A stretch of DNA of 64,000 bases from Oopsacas minuta (lineage: Eukaryota > Animalia > Porifera), in assembly GCA_024704765.1 (NCBI GenBank), contig JAKMXF010000177.1:186001-250000 (forward strand). The letters run 5' to 3'. The position numbers and the translations under genes are program-made. Below the pieces are notes generated by a model, which saw only the letters and a list, made by a program, of their open reading frames with translations, had not been told where the DNA came from and ran no database searches. Shown here one piece after another: positions 47,224 to 59,534 of the stretch (positions within the stretch are counted from its first letter, which is position 1; each line of letters starts with the position of its first letter).

Positions 47224-49497
47224 TGTTACAGTAAGATAGTGAAATCAGTGATTTCACGAAGTCCCTGAATGTTTTAGAAAACTCATGCAATTACTAATTC
47301 ACCCAAAGAGTTCACGAATTTACTGAAATAATTACAGAATTCACGAAATTCCTAATGTACAAACCTAGTTATTTCATCAATTTACTAAGTGAAATACCAG
47401 AATTATCAAAAAAGCTCAATTAATGTGTGAAATAAATAATACTTCGGACATTCCGATGTTTCCATTAATTCACCATAGAATAGCTTTCTGAGTATTATGT
47501 CACACATCTGTGATAATTAGCCGTACAGCCGAAAGGTAAACATCTATTGTTGATAGTAACCATTTATTTCTTTGGAACTCAAAGAACTTGTAGTAATGAA
47601 TTTCATATAATACAAAAAGATTAAATTTACAATTGTATAACTATCAACATAATCACTATTCGCAATTTTGGAAATGTCTTCATTTTTAAAAGGTGTTTAA
47701 ATATTTTTCTGAGGGAATAGAGAAGAAATTTCCAAAAACACTCTATCATGATTCATTTACTATATTCAACAAGCTACATTATTTTAGATATGAGATACTC
47801 CAATGTGTTTATCTAGAAAAGCTTATCAAGAAACGTACTCACCTGGATGATTCGCCCTTATATTATGTTACTCTCGAGGATACCTTTATGTCATCAAACT
47901 TGCACATGTTGTAACCGAACATGGTGGTCGGGCTTGAAAGACCAAAGAACTACAACTAAAGTATGTCAACATCACCACTAAATCCCTGGAACTCTGCAAA
48001 TCCCTATGCGAGGAGTGCCAAAAGAAAAGGAAGAGGCCTATGACAAAGGTGTTGTTGTAAGTCCCATAGTTACCAAGGAGAGCTTATCTAGAGGTCAAGT
48101 TGATCTAATAGATATGCAAGCTATGCCTCAGTCACAAAACAAATGGATAACGGTTTACCAGGACCATCTTACCAAGTTTGTGTCCTCAAACCCCTCACAA
48201 CAAAGCGTGCAGATGAAGTTGCATTTCAACTTAGTAGACATCCTTTTACTGCTGGGTGTACTTACCATTCTTCAGAGTGATAATGACTCAAAATTTACAG
48301 CCAGTGTGATTACAGGTCTGAAACAAGTGTAGCCAAAACTAGCTCTGGTTCATGAAAGCCGCACCATCCACAAAGTCAAGGTTCTGTGGAACGAGAAATC
48401 GAGACATAAATGATATGCTTGTTGCCTGGCTTGCAGACAACTGAACGCAAAATTAGACTGTTGGATCAAATTTTTTCAGTCCAACAAAATCCCGCTTTTC
48501 ATTCTGTAATAAAGTGCTCCCCTTATTCGGCCGTTTGGATGCGAGGCACGTGTTGGCCTAACATCACTGTCTCTTCCATCAGAGGTGATAACACCCTAGA
48601 AAGTGAAAATGATCTGGCAGCTATTGTTGGCGACTCACCTACAGCTTTCTACTGATAATTTAATTACTCCAGTTAATATCACATCAGTGCAACCCTATGA
48701 TTCTGGTATCACTTTAATGCAACTCGGAGATACTGTCACTGAAGAACAACACTCGGATCCTGGAAATGAATTTTAAAAAGTCATTTCTAATCAAACTCCC
48801 ACACAAATTATCACACAGCACAAGTTTTCAGGCTGAGAGGATGGTGAAGTGTAGTCGACTTGAGTTTCAAGCTGGGCAAGTTGAAGATAATATAGTTGTT
48901 CCAATTCTAACAGTGGATCGTGGGAGGAGAGTGCTCGAAATATCCTTGAGTAATCATACACAGAGACGTGAAAACAGACCATTAAACAATTGGTGCAAAT
49001 CTGAGGTATTGCAAGGGCAATACTCAAGAAATCAGTTTGACCATTTCCTTAACGCTTATTATCAACAATCAGCATCAATAATGAGATCAGAGTGTCACGG
49101 CGTTCAGCCGTCATCGTTCAGTCAGCTTCTGATGCACAAGGTTTTGCTAAATGCAATTCTGTGGCCCGACCAAGTGTAAATCGAACAGATGTAAGTGCTA
49201 CAAAGCAAAACTTAAGTGTAATTCTCGGTGCCACGGAAGTCTCACTTGTGCTAACAAATAATTTCTTAACATTTCTTCATTTTGTTGTGTTCACTAGGAA
49301 AATGCAGTATTGTATCTCTTACTTCATCAGAGTTTAGTAAATTTATGAAATAGCTAGGTCTATAAATTAGGAATTAGTGAATTTCCTAATTATTTCAGTA
49401 AAATCGTGAACTCTCTGGGTGAATTAGTAATTACATGAATTTCCTAAAACATTCAGGGATTTCGTGAAATTACTGATTTCACTCTCTTACTGTAACA
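47224..49497 (+). mobile_element. Ginger2/TDD-type (KRABA2/SCAND3-like integrase) DNA transposon, full length, pseudogenised
   Basis: About 160-bp TIRs starting TGTTACAGTAAGA and ending TCTTACTGTAACA, with flanks TATA / CATA. Motifs LCEECQKKRKRPMTKG, RGQVDLIDMQ, VYQDHLTKFV, ILQSDND.KF, HPQSQGSVER, and a C-terminal Cys cluster (KCN...RCKC.KAKLKCNSRCHGSLTCANK), spread over several frames. Confidence 0.9.
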
Positions 49498-49539
49498 CAT
49501 ACACACATACACACATACACACATACACACATACACACA
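49498..49539. repeat. (CATACACA)n microsatellite
   Basis: catacacacatacacacatacacacatacacacatacacaca. Confidence 0.95.
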
Positions 49540-49944
49540 GACTAATGCGTATTAATAGTATAGATGACACAAAAATATATTTATATAATTTGATAAAATT
49601 ATAGATGACTTAAAAATTCATTTAAGCACATCGATAAAACATATCACGGAATTTCTATTGACCAATGTTCCTGCTTAGTGCCTAGAGCACTATTATTAAA
49701 CAACGATGTGGGTTGCGGAGGCACCACAAGATGGGAATCAACTAATAACCGAAGCGCGCTAGACTATTAATCAACTTCTTGACGAATGGCTAAACTTATG
49801 AAAAGCAAAATATTAATGAAAAAGGAGTCGCTGAAAGATTTGTGTCAAACTTTTCAGTTTTAGCTTGTGCTTAAACACCCTTTGTAGAGAAAATATGTTC
49901 TTTGGAATCCGTCGTAAAAACAAATTTTTAAGTTTGGAACTTGC

Positions 49945-50498
49945 CTCTGTCTTGAAATATGTCTCCAAAATCTTTGAATTTCTATAACAGCCAATGTTTG
50001 TATTTCTATGCCTGTCACACATCCTAAATATCTAAGAAAAGAATATATTTCGCGATCCTCAATAAAGAGAGAAAGATCAAGTGGTGTACGTCTCTGCATA
50101 GAATAATCCATTACATTTATTTTAGCATCGTTTTCAACGAGAATTTTAATTGTGTGTATATTTTCGTGCATTACAGCCCAGTGTAATGGAGTAAATCCTG
50201 ACAAATCTTGCGAGTTTATCTGAGCAAACCCAAGCATCGTAATTAACTCAACATTATCGAGGGTGCATGCATAATGTAGTGGTATACGTCCCATTTGATC
50301 AGGAGTATTAAGTTGATTTCCTTTTGAAATCAAAAAAGCAATTGTTGAACAGGAATTTGTTAGCGCTGCATAATGTATTGGTAAACGGCCATCAATAGAA
50401 GGTAGATCAATTAACCCACCGGAATTAATCAGATACTCAACAATGAAAGCATAGCCATACTCACATGCATATGAAAGAGAAGTTCGTAAATGATTATC
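49945..50498 (-). CDS. INVS: Inversin-like gene, internal exon (last ankyrin repeats and IQ1)
   Basis: Acceptor TTTCATTTAG at 50500-50499. Reads DNHLRTSLSYACEYG...DGRLPIHYAA...GRIPLHYAC...GFTPLHWAV...QRRTPLDLSLFIEDREIYSFLRYLGCVTGIEIQTLAVIEIQRFWR, paralleling inversin ERYTPLDYALLGERHEVIQFMLEHGALSIAAIQDIAAFKIQAVYKG. The 3' boundary is inferred at the GC donor AG|GCAAGT. Confidence 0.82.
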
Positions 50499-52626
50499 CT
50501 AAATGAAATATATATATAATTACTATAATAATATTTTCTACGAATTGAAGTATATATACATCATTTAGGTCGGTCAATGCCGGATACTCATGCGAAGTAA
50601 GCTATGAAACTGGAAAAAAACAGAATTGGGTTTGAATATATTAATTATTAACAGATATCTTAAATCAAGCACGATTCAAGTCTACTTCAACAAAATAATT
50701 CAAGTAAATAGATATCTCGCAACATATTTATATTTGAAATATACTCTTAATGGCTAAGTACCAGACATGGGGTCAAATACATATGTATTTGTATTTGAAG
50801 GTATCTAATACATCAATTTAAGTGTTTTTCATATGTTTATTATGTTTAGTATATTTGTACTTGGTCTTTTATCAGGTTAACAAAATTGATCAAAATTTCT
50901 TAAAAGTCTACCAAAATTAGTGAAAATGTATACGAAAATTGCTGAAATGTCTAATAAAATTAATCAAAAGTCTAACAATGTGGATATATAATCTACGCTA
51001 AGTAGCTAAGTACCCCAAAGTAATCATTCATTCAAATAAAGAGGTTGAATACAAATCTATCCACTTAAATTATTATACAGTAGGCATTCGCAAAATCACA
51101 CATTTTACAAGAAAATATTTTCAAGTCGAAAAGACGTCATCTTATCACCTAATAGGCTGATATGTTGGAAAAATGCAAAGCTATAAAACGAATAATATTG
51201 ATTTAGGGTTTATGTAGTTATCATCGCCACAAGTGTAATTTGTAATCCTAGAATCCATAGAAAATTGATCTAATGACGTTAGAATTTTTCAGAAATTATA
51301 TTTTCTCAATTGCTGTTGTAATTTCCATGTAAAAGCCAATTGTGATCTCTTTATGCAGTATCGACTTTCCAAAATTCTGAAGAAGAAACAACAATTGTGT
51401 GTATATTAAGAATACATTAAATACGACATCTACGCCAAATTTCTAGAAAAATAATCATGAGAGACTAGTAATTTTAATTATATGCATTAAGTGATCAAAT
51501 GTGCAAGTAACCACTGCTATATATGTTTAAGCAAGTACGCCGAAGGCCTACCGACCTCTTGTGAAACTCGGTTGAGGGATTCGGTAGGAGATGAAGGTTT
51601 TTTACATATAGATTCAATATTGCAAAAACGGTATAATTTTCCCGAATAAATGTATTGCATATTTGTAGAACAATATATTATCAACCATTATACATATGCT
51701 AAAAAATTCAGGAAGATGTAAAAATATGTGTCTAGTTAGCACTAATTTGTAAAAATATACCATTATTTGATGCCTCATAGTGTAGTAAATATTACATCTT
51801 TTATTTCAAAGTGAACATATGAAATGATCTATGGATACATATTTGCAACATTTTGTCATGATAAGTTGTCTCGTTCTTGAATTACTAGAGATACCATGGA
51901 TGACACGTTTTTATGAATGCCCATAGCTGACTAAAAAAAGGCCAGAACAATGAGTCAATTTTCATTAGAAACGGCATAAAAGGAAGTGAATATATTCTGA
52001 TGGGAAATTCTATAATCGTCTATAATCTGGAATTGATACATTTTCAGCCGAATAAATGGATTATTGATACCCAATAATTCATGATTTGTTAATATACTCT
52101 TATGATAATCATTACAATTATGGTCAATTCAGCAAAGCCAATAGATAGCATACACCTGATTTCGCATATCCTTATAATACATTTTGATATCATATCTCTT
52201 ACCAATATAACGCAATGATGAATATTCACATAATAGTCATTATTGAGATTGTGCAATAATCTTTAGGGATATCATATAAAATATGTTACATAAGTATGGG
52301 AAGTTGTGTGTATACAACAAAATGGCTATCCTAAGTTGACCATAATTTCTGCCATTATCGAGTTTTAAGAGGATGCTAACAAAAGTACATGCGATCCATG
52401 GTCTGTGAGATAACTCATAACGTTGGAACTTTATCATGACAAGTTTTATATTTGGCACAGAAACGGTTTCAGATCATTTGGTATGCTAACATTTTGAAAA
52501 TAAATTCATAATTAACGTTCTACATGGTTTCAAAGATTGAGCATTTCGTAATACATACTTGCCAAATAAGCTAACAGATGCCGTGATTTCGCTCTGAATC
52601 TTTGCGAATTCTTACATATTACTAAT

Positions 52627-53541
52627 GGGGCGCATGCATTAGGTAGACGTTTGTTGTTGTCGACAGATCGAATTCTATATATTGTAGATAGATTGAATGT
52701 ATTTTCAGTTTATTGACTAAAAGGCGAAATTTTGGCTTTTCGCTGGATCAAAACATGTTACGTAATATTGGATTAAGTGCATTTTTTGGTTTGTTTCAGG
52801 AATGGAATGTCAAGTTTGAAATTTCATAAATTCGCTACTAAACCGATATAGAGCTACAAAGCCATTCAAGGCAGTTTGCGAGATATATTCGATGATACAA
52901 CTAGAAACCATCCATGTAGTTCAGAAATCTCTTTTAATGAGCGAGAATCTTCAATGAATCTTGTGAGGAGGAAGATACAACCCAAGATGCCTCTTACAGC
53001 AGATTCTAAGAGCTCTATCAAGCTATATTGGTTAGAGTCTGTCTGTCTGTTACCACGAACTCAAACTTGTATCTTTATGCTGTGTAAACATGCAAACCTT
53101 GTACAACATGCAGTGGAATGATTGATGAATTAAATCAGAAATGCCCAGTATGTCGCTGTGAAATCGAAAGCAGATCCCAAATTTATGATTAATTAATTTT
53201 ACTATTTTCTTTGCATTTATCCTTCACTTAATTAAATATACTCTCATCTCATTAATACATATAAGTGGTTATCATTATTATCCAATCATTAGATTGAAAA
53301 ATCTTAAATTAAAGAGCGTGGCTTCGGGCAGCATGTATTGATGTAGGACATTCGAAATGTCATAATCGAATTCAACGCAATGTAAAAATCGAATACATTC
53401 TGAAAATAAATTCGATTTATCGACAACATGCTGAAATAAATTCGATCCATCGACAACATGCTGAAAATCATCTCGATCTATCAACAACACATAAATTACG
53501 ATCTATCGACAACACAAAAATTCGATCTGATGCAGAGTCCC
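52627..53541 (+). mobile_element. Internally deleted Mutator-like element carrying a RING-finger remnant
   Basis: GGG-starting imperfect TIRs with tandem CGATCTATCGACAACA subterminal repeats. 9-bp TSD ATTACTAAT / ATTACGAAT (8 of 9). LRDIFDDTTR...ISFNERESSM..VRRKIQPKMP (MULE N-terminal region) is followed by VC...CKHAN(L)CTTC...KCPVCRCEI (C3HC4 RING, one frameshift). Confidence 0.78.
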
Positions 53542-54003
53542 ATTACGAATACATTGATTTGAGTGAAAGTGTACCAATTTCATATTATTGGTTTATAAAT
53601 AATTTTCAATTAATATATATCCACTTCCTTTATCCCTGGTCAAAGTAGTGATCATACCTTATCTTTAGTAGGCTATGGATAGCCCATTTTTACTAAATAT
53701 CCAACTTCACATAACTATGTAATGCTTTTGATGTGATATCATTGAATATTCTTGCGTAATGTTAAAAATAACCAAATATGGGCAATTCACGATTAACATT
53801 TATATATTCGTATCTTGAATTCCCCCAATATAATAATAATTCACTCAATAAACCCACAAATTGACTAACTTCTGGATCCGCAATTGAATATATTGGTTTA
53901 GCATATAAGTTGTGAATTGATATCGTCGAGATTTGGAAACGGTTGAATAGCCATCTTGAGTTAGACAATTCTGTTCCAGTTGAAGTATAAGTATAGTATA
54001 TAC

Positions 54004-54548
54004 CAGGCTTGGACCGGGTCACCGGTCAACTGGGTCCCTATTTTCAATAAATTTCGGGTCTGAACCGGGTCAATGATTTTGACTTGACCCGGTTCATCCT
54101 TATAGATAACTAAATTATATCGGTTTGTAAAATCATAAAGATTCAGTCAATATTAGTTAGACATTTCATTTGCATGAATCATTAGTATTTTTACTAAACT
54201 TGTTGGTATCATTACTTATTTTCAGGACTTCTGGGACAAAAATATGGTGCTAACAGAAAACACTAGGGTCCCAGCTGCTATATATCCCAACTTTAACTAT
54301 TAGGACCCTAGGCAAGTTTTAAAACACTGTGCCTTATTCAGACTTACCAACCCCTTCTACAAATCTCCCTGGATTTTCATTGCCAAATCCCTGGATATTC
54401 AACTAAATAAAATCTAATCATTATCAAATAGTATGAATATAGAAAATTAATGTTTTGAAAAACCGAGCCAAACAACGAAACCGGGTCACCGGGTCAGAGG
54501 TTTCAACCTGGTCTACCGGGTCAGGAAATCATGACCCGTCCAAGCCTG
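54004..54548. mobile_element. hAT-type MITE with a perfect 8-bp TSD
   Basis: TIRs CAGGCTTGGAC / GTCCAAGCCTG, TSD GTATATAC on both sides, and multiple (G)ACCCGG subterminal motifs. Confidence 0.9.
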
Positions 54549-54619
54549 GTATATACTATATATTTACAAGAACTTAGTGAAATTTTTCGGGATAGGATGA
54601 TACAGTATAGATCTTCCAC

Positions 54620-54859
54620 TTTAAAACGATGCATTTTAGTTGGTAAACTTCTTTTATAGGCTTAGTCTAGAGAGGACGAGCAACCACAAAGGTAGATAAA
54701 TAGCATACAGCAACAATTATGTTATATCCAGATGAGTAGCCGCCTATCACAAGATCAATGCCCAGTGAACCCATGGTTTTCTGTGGTTCCATATGGTGTA
54801 ATGGTAGTAGGGGATTAGGTTGGCGTGGGGAAATCATTTGACATACATGACATGAGTAT
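54620..54859 (-). pseudogene. Decayed Ginger1-type integrase exon, homologous to exon 470-159
   Basis: SCHVCQ...LGIDLV...GYNIIVAVCYLSTFVVARPL versus TCHDCQ...CGIDLI...ILVIVCYLSKFVIVRPL in the intact copy. Preceded by an acceptor-like TTTTTTATTAG. Confidence 0.78.
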
Positions 54860-54969
54860 CTAATAAAAAATGTATACAAACATATCCAGTCTAGGAACTA
54901 GAAAGTTTCATAAACATATTACTCACATAATCGAAATCTTTGTACAGACGGAGCCAATAGTAGCTGGAG

Positions 54970-55072
54970 CAGAGTTGGAATCGCTTCCCGACCCAAACTC
55001 GAAGTGTAAATAAGTGTTTATGCATAAAGGTCGAACTGATCAACTTCAATCCCGAACCCGATTCCAACTCTG
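54970..55072. mobile_element. Very short (103 bp) hAT-type MITE
   Basis: Perfect 14-bp TIRs CAGAGTTGGAATCG / CGATTCCAACTCTG. Flanks AGCTGGAG / AGTTGGAA (6 of 8). Confidence 0.7.
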
Positions 55073-58000
55073 AGTTGGAACGATTGTTTCAATAGTTATC
55101 CGCGTTCCAGTGTGGCTAACATTATGATATTATCCTATAATTTGTGATACTTCTGGCTTTAGGGGAACTTGGAGGAATTACTCCCACACGATCGCGAATA
55201 GTCTATGGAGGCAGATTGAATAGTACTGGATATTGTAAGAGGTCAAATACAATGACTGGGAACACTAACAGAATAAGGCCGAAGCAAAAGATGAGTCTCG
55301 TCTCAGTAGAGAACTAATGAGTTGGGAGTAGAGTAAACTTAAACTGCATATTATTTAGATAATATAATATAAACGGCAAGCTACGCCCAAAAAGACTTTG
55401 TAAACAACCTCTAAATCTAATGGCAGTTATGTTTTCATAGATTTCAGTCATTGAATGAACTGGCAAAATACACATTAATAGAGGACTAATGTTGACCAAA
55501 TAGTGCGAAGTATGGGCTCGCGATCGCGCTACTTTTTCAAAATTGTTGCCCGCTGGTTTTAGAGCAGTGCAGCCCTCTCGCTTAAGCTCACATAATTGCG
55601 TCCGCCATTAATTAGGTATAGTCACAGACTCCGGCGGGATAGCAATTCGCATCGCAAAGATAGTCCCTTCCTTTTCACTTGCATTTAGGCAAGACGCTGA
55701 CCACTGAAAATAGGGATTACGCTCAACCCTCACTACGGTTAAGGTTTGAAGTCAGATTGAAAAACATCTGGTAGTTTGTAGAGTAAAATTTTGCTATTAG
55801 TTTTAGTTATGGGCCTATTTGTCCCCACAATGCACAATTTAACTACCATCATCTATTACACTCAAATTTGTTGTCTCGCTTATGAAACATGTTCTCCAGT
55901 GTTATTAATATCATATACCTACTAAGCCATGGTGAAAATTTTAGAGCAATCTATTTGGTATTTTGAATTTACAAAGTCGTTTTCTGACAAAAATAGGGGG
56001 AAATGTCAGAATCAATCAGCAAGTCTCTCTGGAAATGTATAATTGAGCCTTTCTATTAACATAAAACTGTCATAACTTGTATATCAATAGTTTAAATTTT
56101 TTTGAAAGTTTATGTAAAACAGAAGTTACTCAAATGTTACTCGTAATCTCATAGCCAAACAAATGGACAAGGTCGTCGTAGATTACGACAGAAATCACAG
56201 AATACACAGGGCTTAAATAGCATTGTCAACTTAGAAGCAAGTGCGTTTGATGGCACCAACAACAAGAAAATGTTTCAACAAGAAGAAGCATCCTATACTG
56301 GAGAATAGAGTTCCAGAGCAGCTGCAGTTCAAGGATTCGTCGTTCAAGCATTAGTGCGTACATCTCTTTCCTGTCTATAACATCATTTATCTTCGTGAAC
56401 AGTGTGCTAAATGAAGTCGTTGCTATCGTAAATACAAGTGGCTATGGTCCTACACTCTCGAGTAGGGACACAGCTTTACTAACCATGCCTAACAATGCAC
56501 TAAATAGAGATAAACGAGAGGTTAGAGAGAACAAGCGCATTAGTGAAAAACCTTAATGGGCGAAGTGATGTGACCAGGTCTTTGTGTGGTGTGATCAACA
56601 AGTTTATGATCTTCCAAAGACTTTACATCCGATGTTAGTTTGCTGGAGTGGTTAGTATGGGCTCTACAATGGCCTACGCACAGAAGGGGGTTATACGTAC
56701 TAAAATGATCTGCAGGTATAATATCCCCCATAATTGCATTGATAGCATTGCAGTAGATACCTGTACTAAATCACGTAAATAGTTAGGAATCTTGGAATCA
56801 GAGGATGCCTACAGATAGGGGCATGGCTGAGATCGGAAGATAATACAGAAGTTGAGAATTAAAAAGAGTCCGTCTCAGATGGGTTTCAATTGAAGATTGA
56901 GATAATGATGATGATTTTGAGGAAGAAGTAATCTATTATTGTGCAACTCATTTAATCAAGGACCTGAAAGGTATATGAGATAGCCTTGTCAACACATATT
57001 TGAAAAATATGAAATCGATTCTATGAATCCTGCATCTTATCAGTTTAAAAGTACAGTCTACCTAAATATCCTACAAAATTTCGTTTGGCTCGGGTATACA
57101 CTGGCACATATTACTCTTCCGGAGGGCACGTATCGCTTAGCGAATTCGTTCTTTCTGCGAATCTATGGGGTGGATATTGTTAGGTCAACATTGAGAAAGG
57201 GTGCGAAAACAGATAGAGAACTCAGCTAAAGTTGTACGGCAGGTATTGGGAAAGAGAAGATGTTGGAACTATACTACAATTGATTGTCAACCATGGGATC
57301 AAGTTTGGTCACAAAAACTTACACAATCGCGCTGGTGTTTTGGGTGACAACTAGGCCCTCAGAAACTCGGAGACAAGGCAACAAACAATTGCGATTAGCA
57401 AAGTCTCTGACGGACTTACTCCTTCAGGACGTGGATGTTACTATGAGTCTGTTTACATGCAATTTAGACGAAGACAGACTGCACTTGAGCCACTCGGAAT
57501 CCCTGGTGCTGAGATAGTTAATAGGCTGGAGAAGAGGTTTGGAGACTTCACGTAGAGGGATTGTTTGTATCACCCTACCTCAATACATATGTGGAGACAT
57601 CTGCTAGTGGTGAGGATTTGGAAATGGAGACTCGTCTTCGAGTACCAAGCGGTCCACGTGGCAGCTGAATATCATAACGAACTTAAAAAAGAATTTAATG
57701 GGATTACTGCAATCTGTATGGCGTAAATTGTCAAATATGATCACTGCTGCTGAAGTAGAGGCTTGAAAGTTTGGACCGTGAATTTTTCAGTCATAAGCAG
57801 ATATTAGACGATGATGCTCAACTTATATAGCAGGTAATCGGAAGACATGAGCAAAAATAACAAACTTGATGACGGTAACGACTATGAATTGATACACGCT
57901 TGCATTTATCTCATGAAATTTGTGTCCTCATTCAATTGTGAGTCGATCCAAGGTGAACTCCAGAGCGATTGGCAGAAGGTGACAGGATTGCAATCAATAC

Positions 58001-59534
58001 AAGGTTGATAGGTGAAACATGTGGGGGCATACATGGGTATTTGGGCTTGGTTCGGACAAGTTCGAGTCTTAGCGAAAGTTAAAACCTATGACGAAATTAT
58101 GACGTCATTATCACCCTTTAGATATACGAAAAATCACATTAATGGTCACTGTTCAGCAAATATACTTGCATGAAAGTTTGAAGCTGGAATCACAGGTACC
58201 ACTCAATATGCCAATATCCTGAGGTCATGTTTTGGCCAAAAGCTAACTCATCATGGGATTATTGCGTCATCATAACTGTATAAAAAATCAAAATTCTCCA
58301 AATTTCTATATTTGGCATTGTATACTGACACTGGTAATAGAACACAATCAAATACTAGTCCGTCATCAAATTAACAACGAAATATAAACTAAACATTCGG
58401 TGTTTGTTGTAGTTTAATGAACGATTTATTTTGTAGCCGACAGTAACTTAATGTGATAAGGGGGGTCAATATCTCACTGAGATTAGAGAAGAATAATGAC
58501 TCCTTTGAGCGTCCATGGTTGCTTTAATAGGGGGGGTCAAAATCTCATGCAACATAACAAGGTAATTCACAAATATAGGTATACGGCATATAAATTAGTG
58601 AATTATTTTGTAATATCAATCTACTTTGTAACCGTTGAGAGCAAGTATCCACGTAAATTTTGAGATTTTGCTAATATGGTCACTATATATTCATAAAAAA
58701 ACTACATTTACAAATGAAAAACTTGAAAATGCGAAATTCGCATTCAGCGTACTTAGTTACCCCTGGCTAGCCGTTTAGAGCAAGCTTGAACGTGCATATT
58801 GAAATTTGGCTTATTTGTTTATTTTATTTTCATAAAAACAACAATAAAATTACATATGATTAATACAAAAGTGTGAAATCGGATTCAGCAAGTTCGAAAT
58901 ATTTAGTGAAGTTTTATTGAATTCTATTTACTTCCTTGATAAATATGAAAATACATAATTATCGTCAAATTCAAATTGCATACCGAAATCCTTTCCTTTA
59001 AACGGAAAAATAAACAAACAAACAGACAACAATTGAGATTTAACAATATAGATTTTGCATAGTCATGTCATTGATAAAATATTACAAATAGGCAGGTATA
59101 CCATCCACATTGAATATTCTATAATATATAATTGTAGAAATTTAGGAAATGGCCACAATACCCTTCATCGGAACTATCTAAATCTTCCATAAGAGTATAG
59201 ACGGTAGACACATGGAATCTCTAGGCCAAAACTTGCTCCCCGGTTAGGTTATCTCTAGGCTAAAACTTGCCCCTAGATATACATATTATTGGTAACATCT
59301 GATATTTTGCCCTTAAAATACTATAGTAAGTGTGTATAAGGGCAACCTCTAAGATATTGCAAGCGCCGAGATACGGTACAAATTATTCTCCTGATGATGT
59401 TGCATCTCGGAGGTTTACCAGTATTCATTTTATCTCGTTACTTCTGAATTAATTAAAGAATTGCATTGAATAAATATTCTCTCCTAACGATGTAGACGAA
59501 CTTTGCTTCTGAATCAACCTACCTAGCGTGTATA

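Larger units (their letters stand above)
46740..49566 (+). mobile_element. Helitron/DINE-1-like non-autonomous repeat split by the Ginger2 insertion (parts 46740-47223 and 49498-49566)
   Basis: The 3' end has an AC-rich microsatellite followed by ...ATTAATAGTATAGAT, as in related ends at about 34190-34260, 58990-59055 and 61960-62016. Homologous to about 57950-58250. The superfamily assignment is inference. Confidence 0.45.

Noticed and set aside
53385-53530. Repeat-spacer pattern (CGATCTATCGACAACA x4-5) resembling a mini-CRISPR
   Set aside because: The spacers are short and similar to each other, and the array is the subterminal part of a TSD-flanked MULE TIR.
55556-55565. GTTTTAGAGC, the start of the Cas9 repeat/sgRNA scaffold
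   Set aside because: It is only a 10-nt single match with no continuation or repeat, which is expected by chance.
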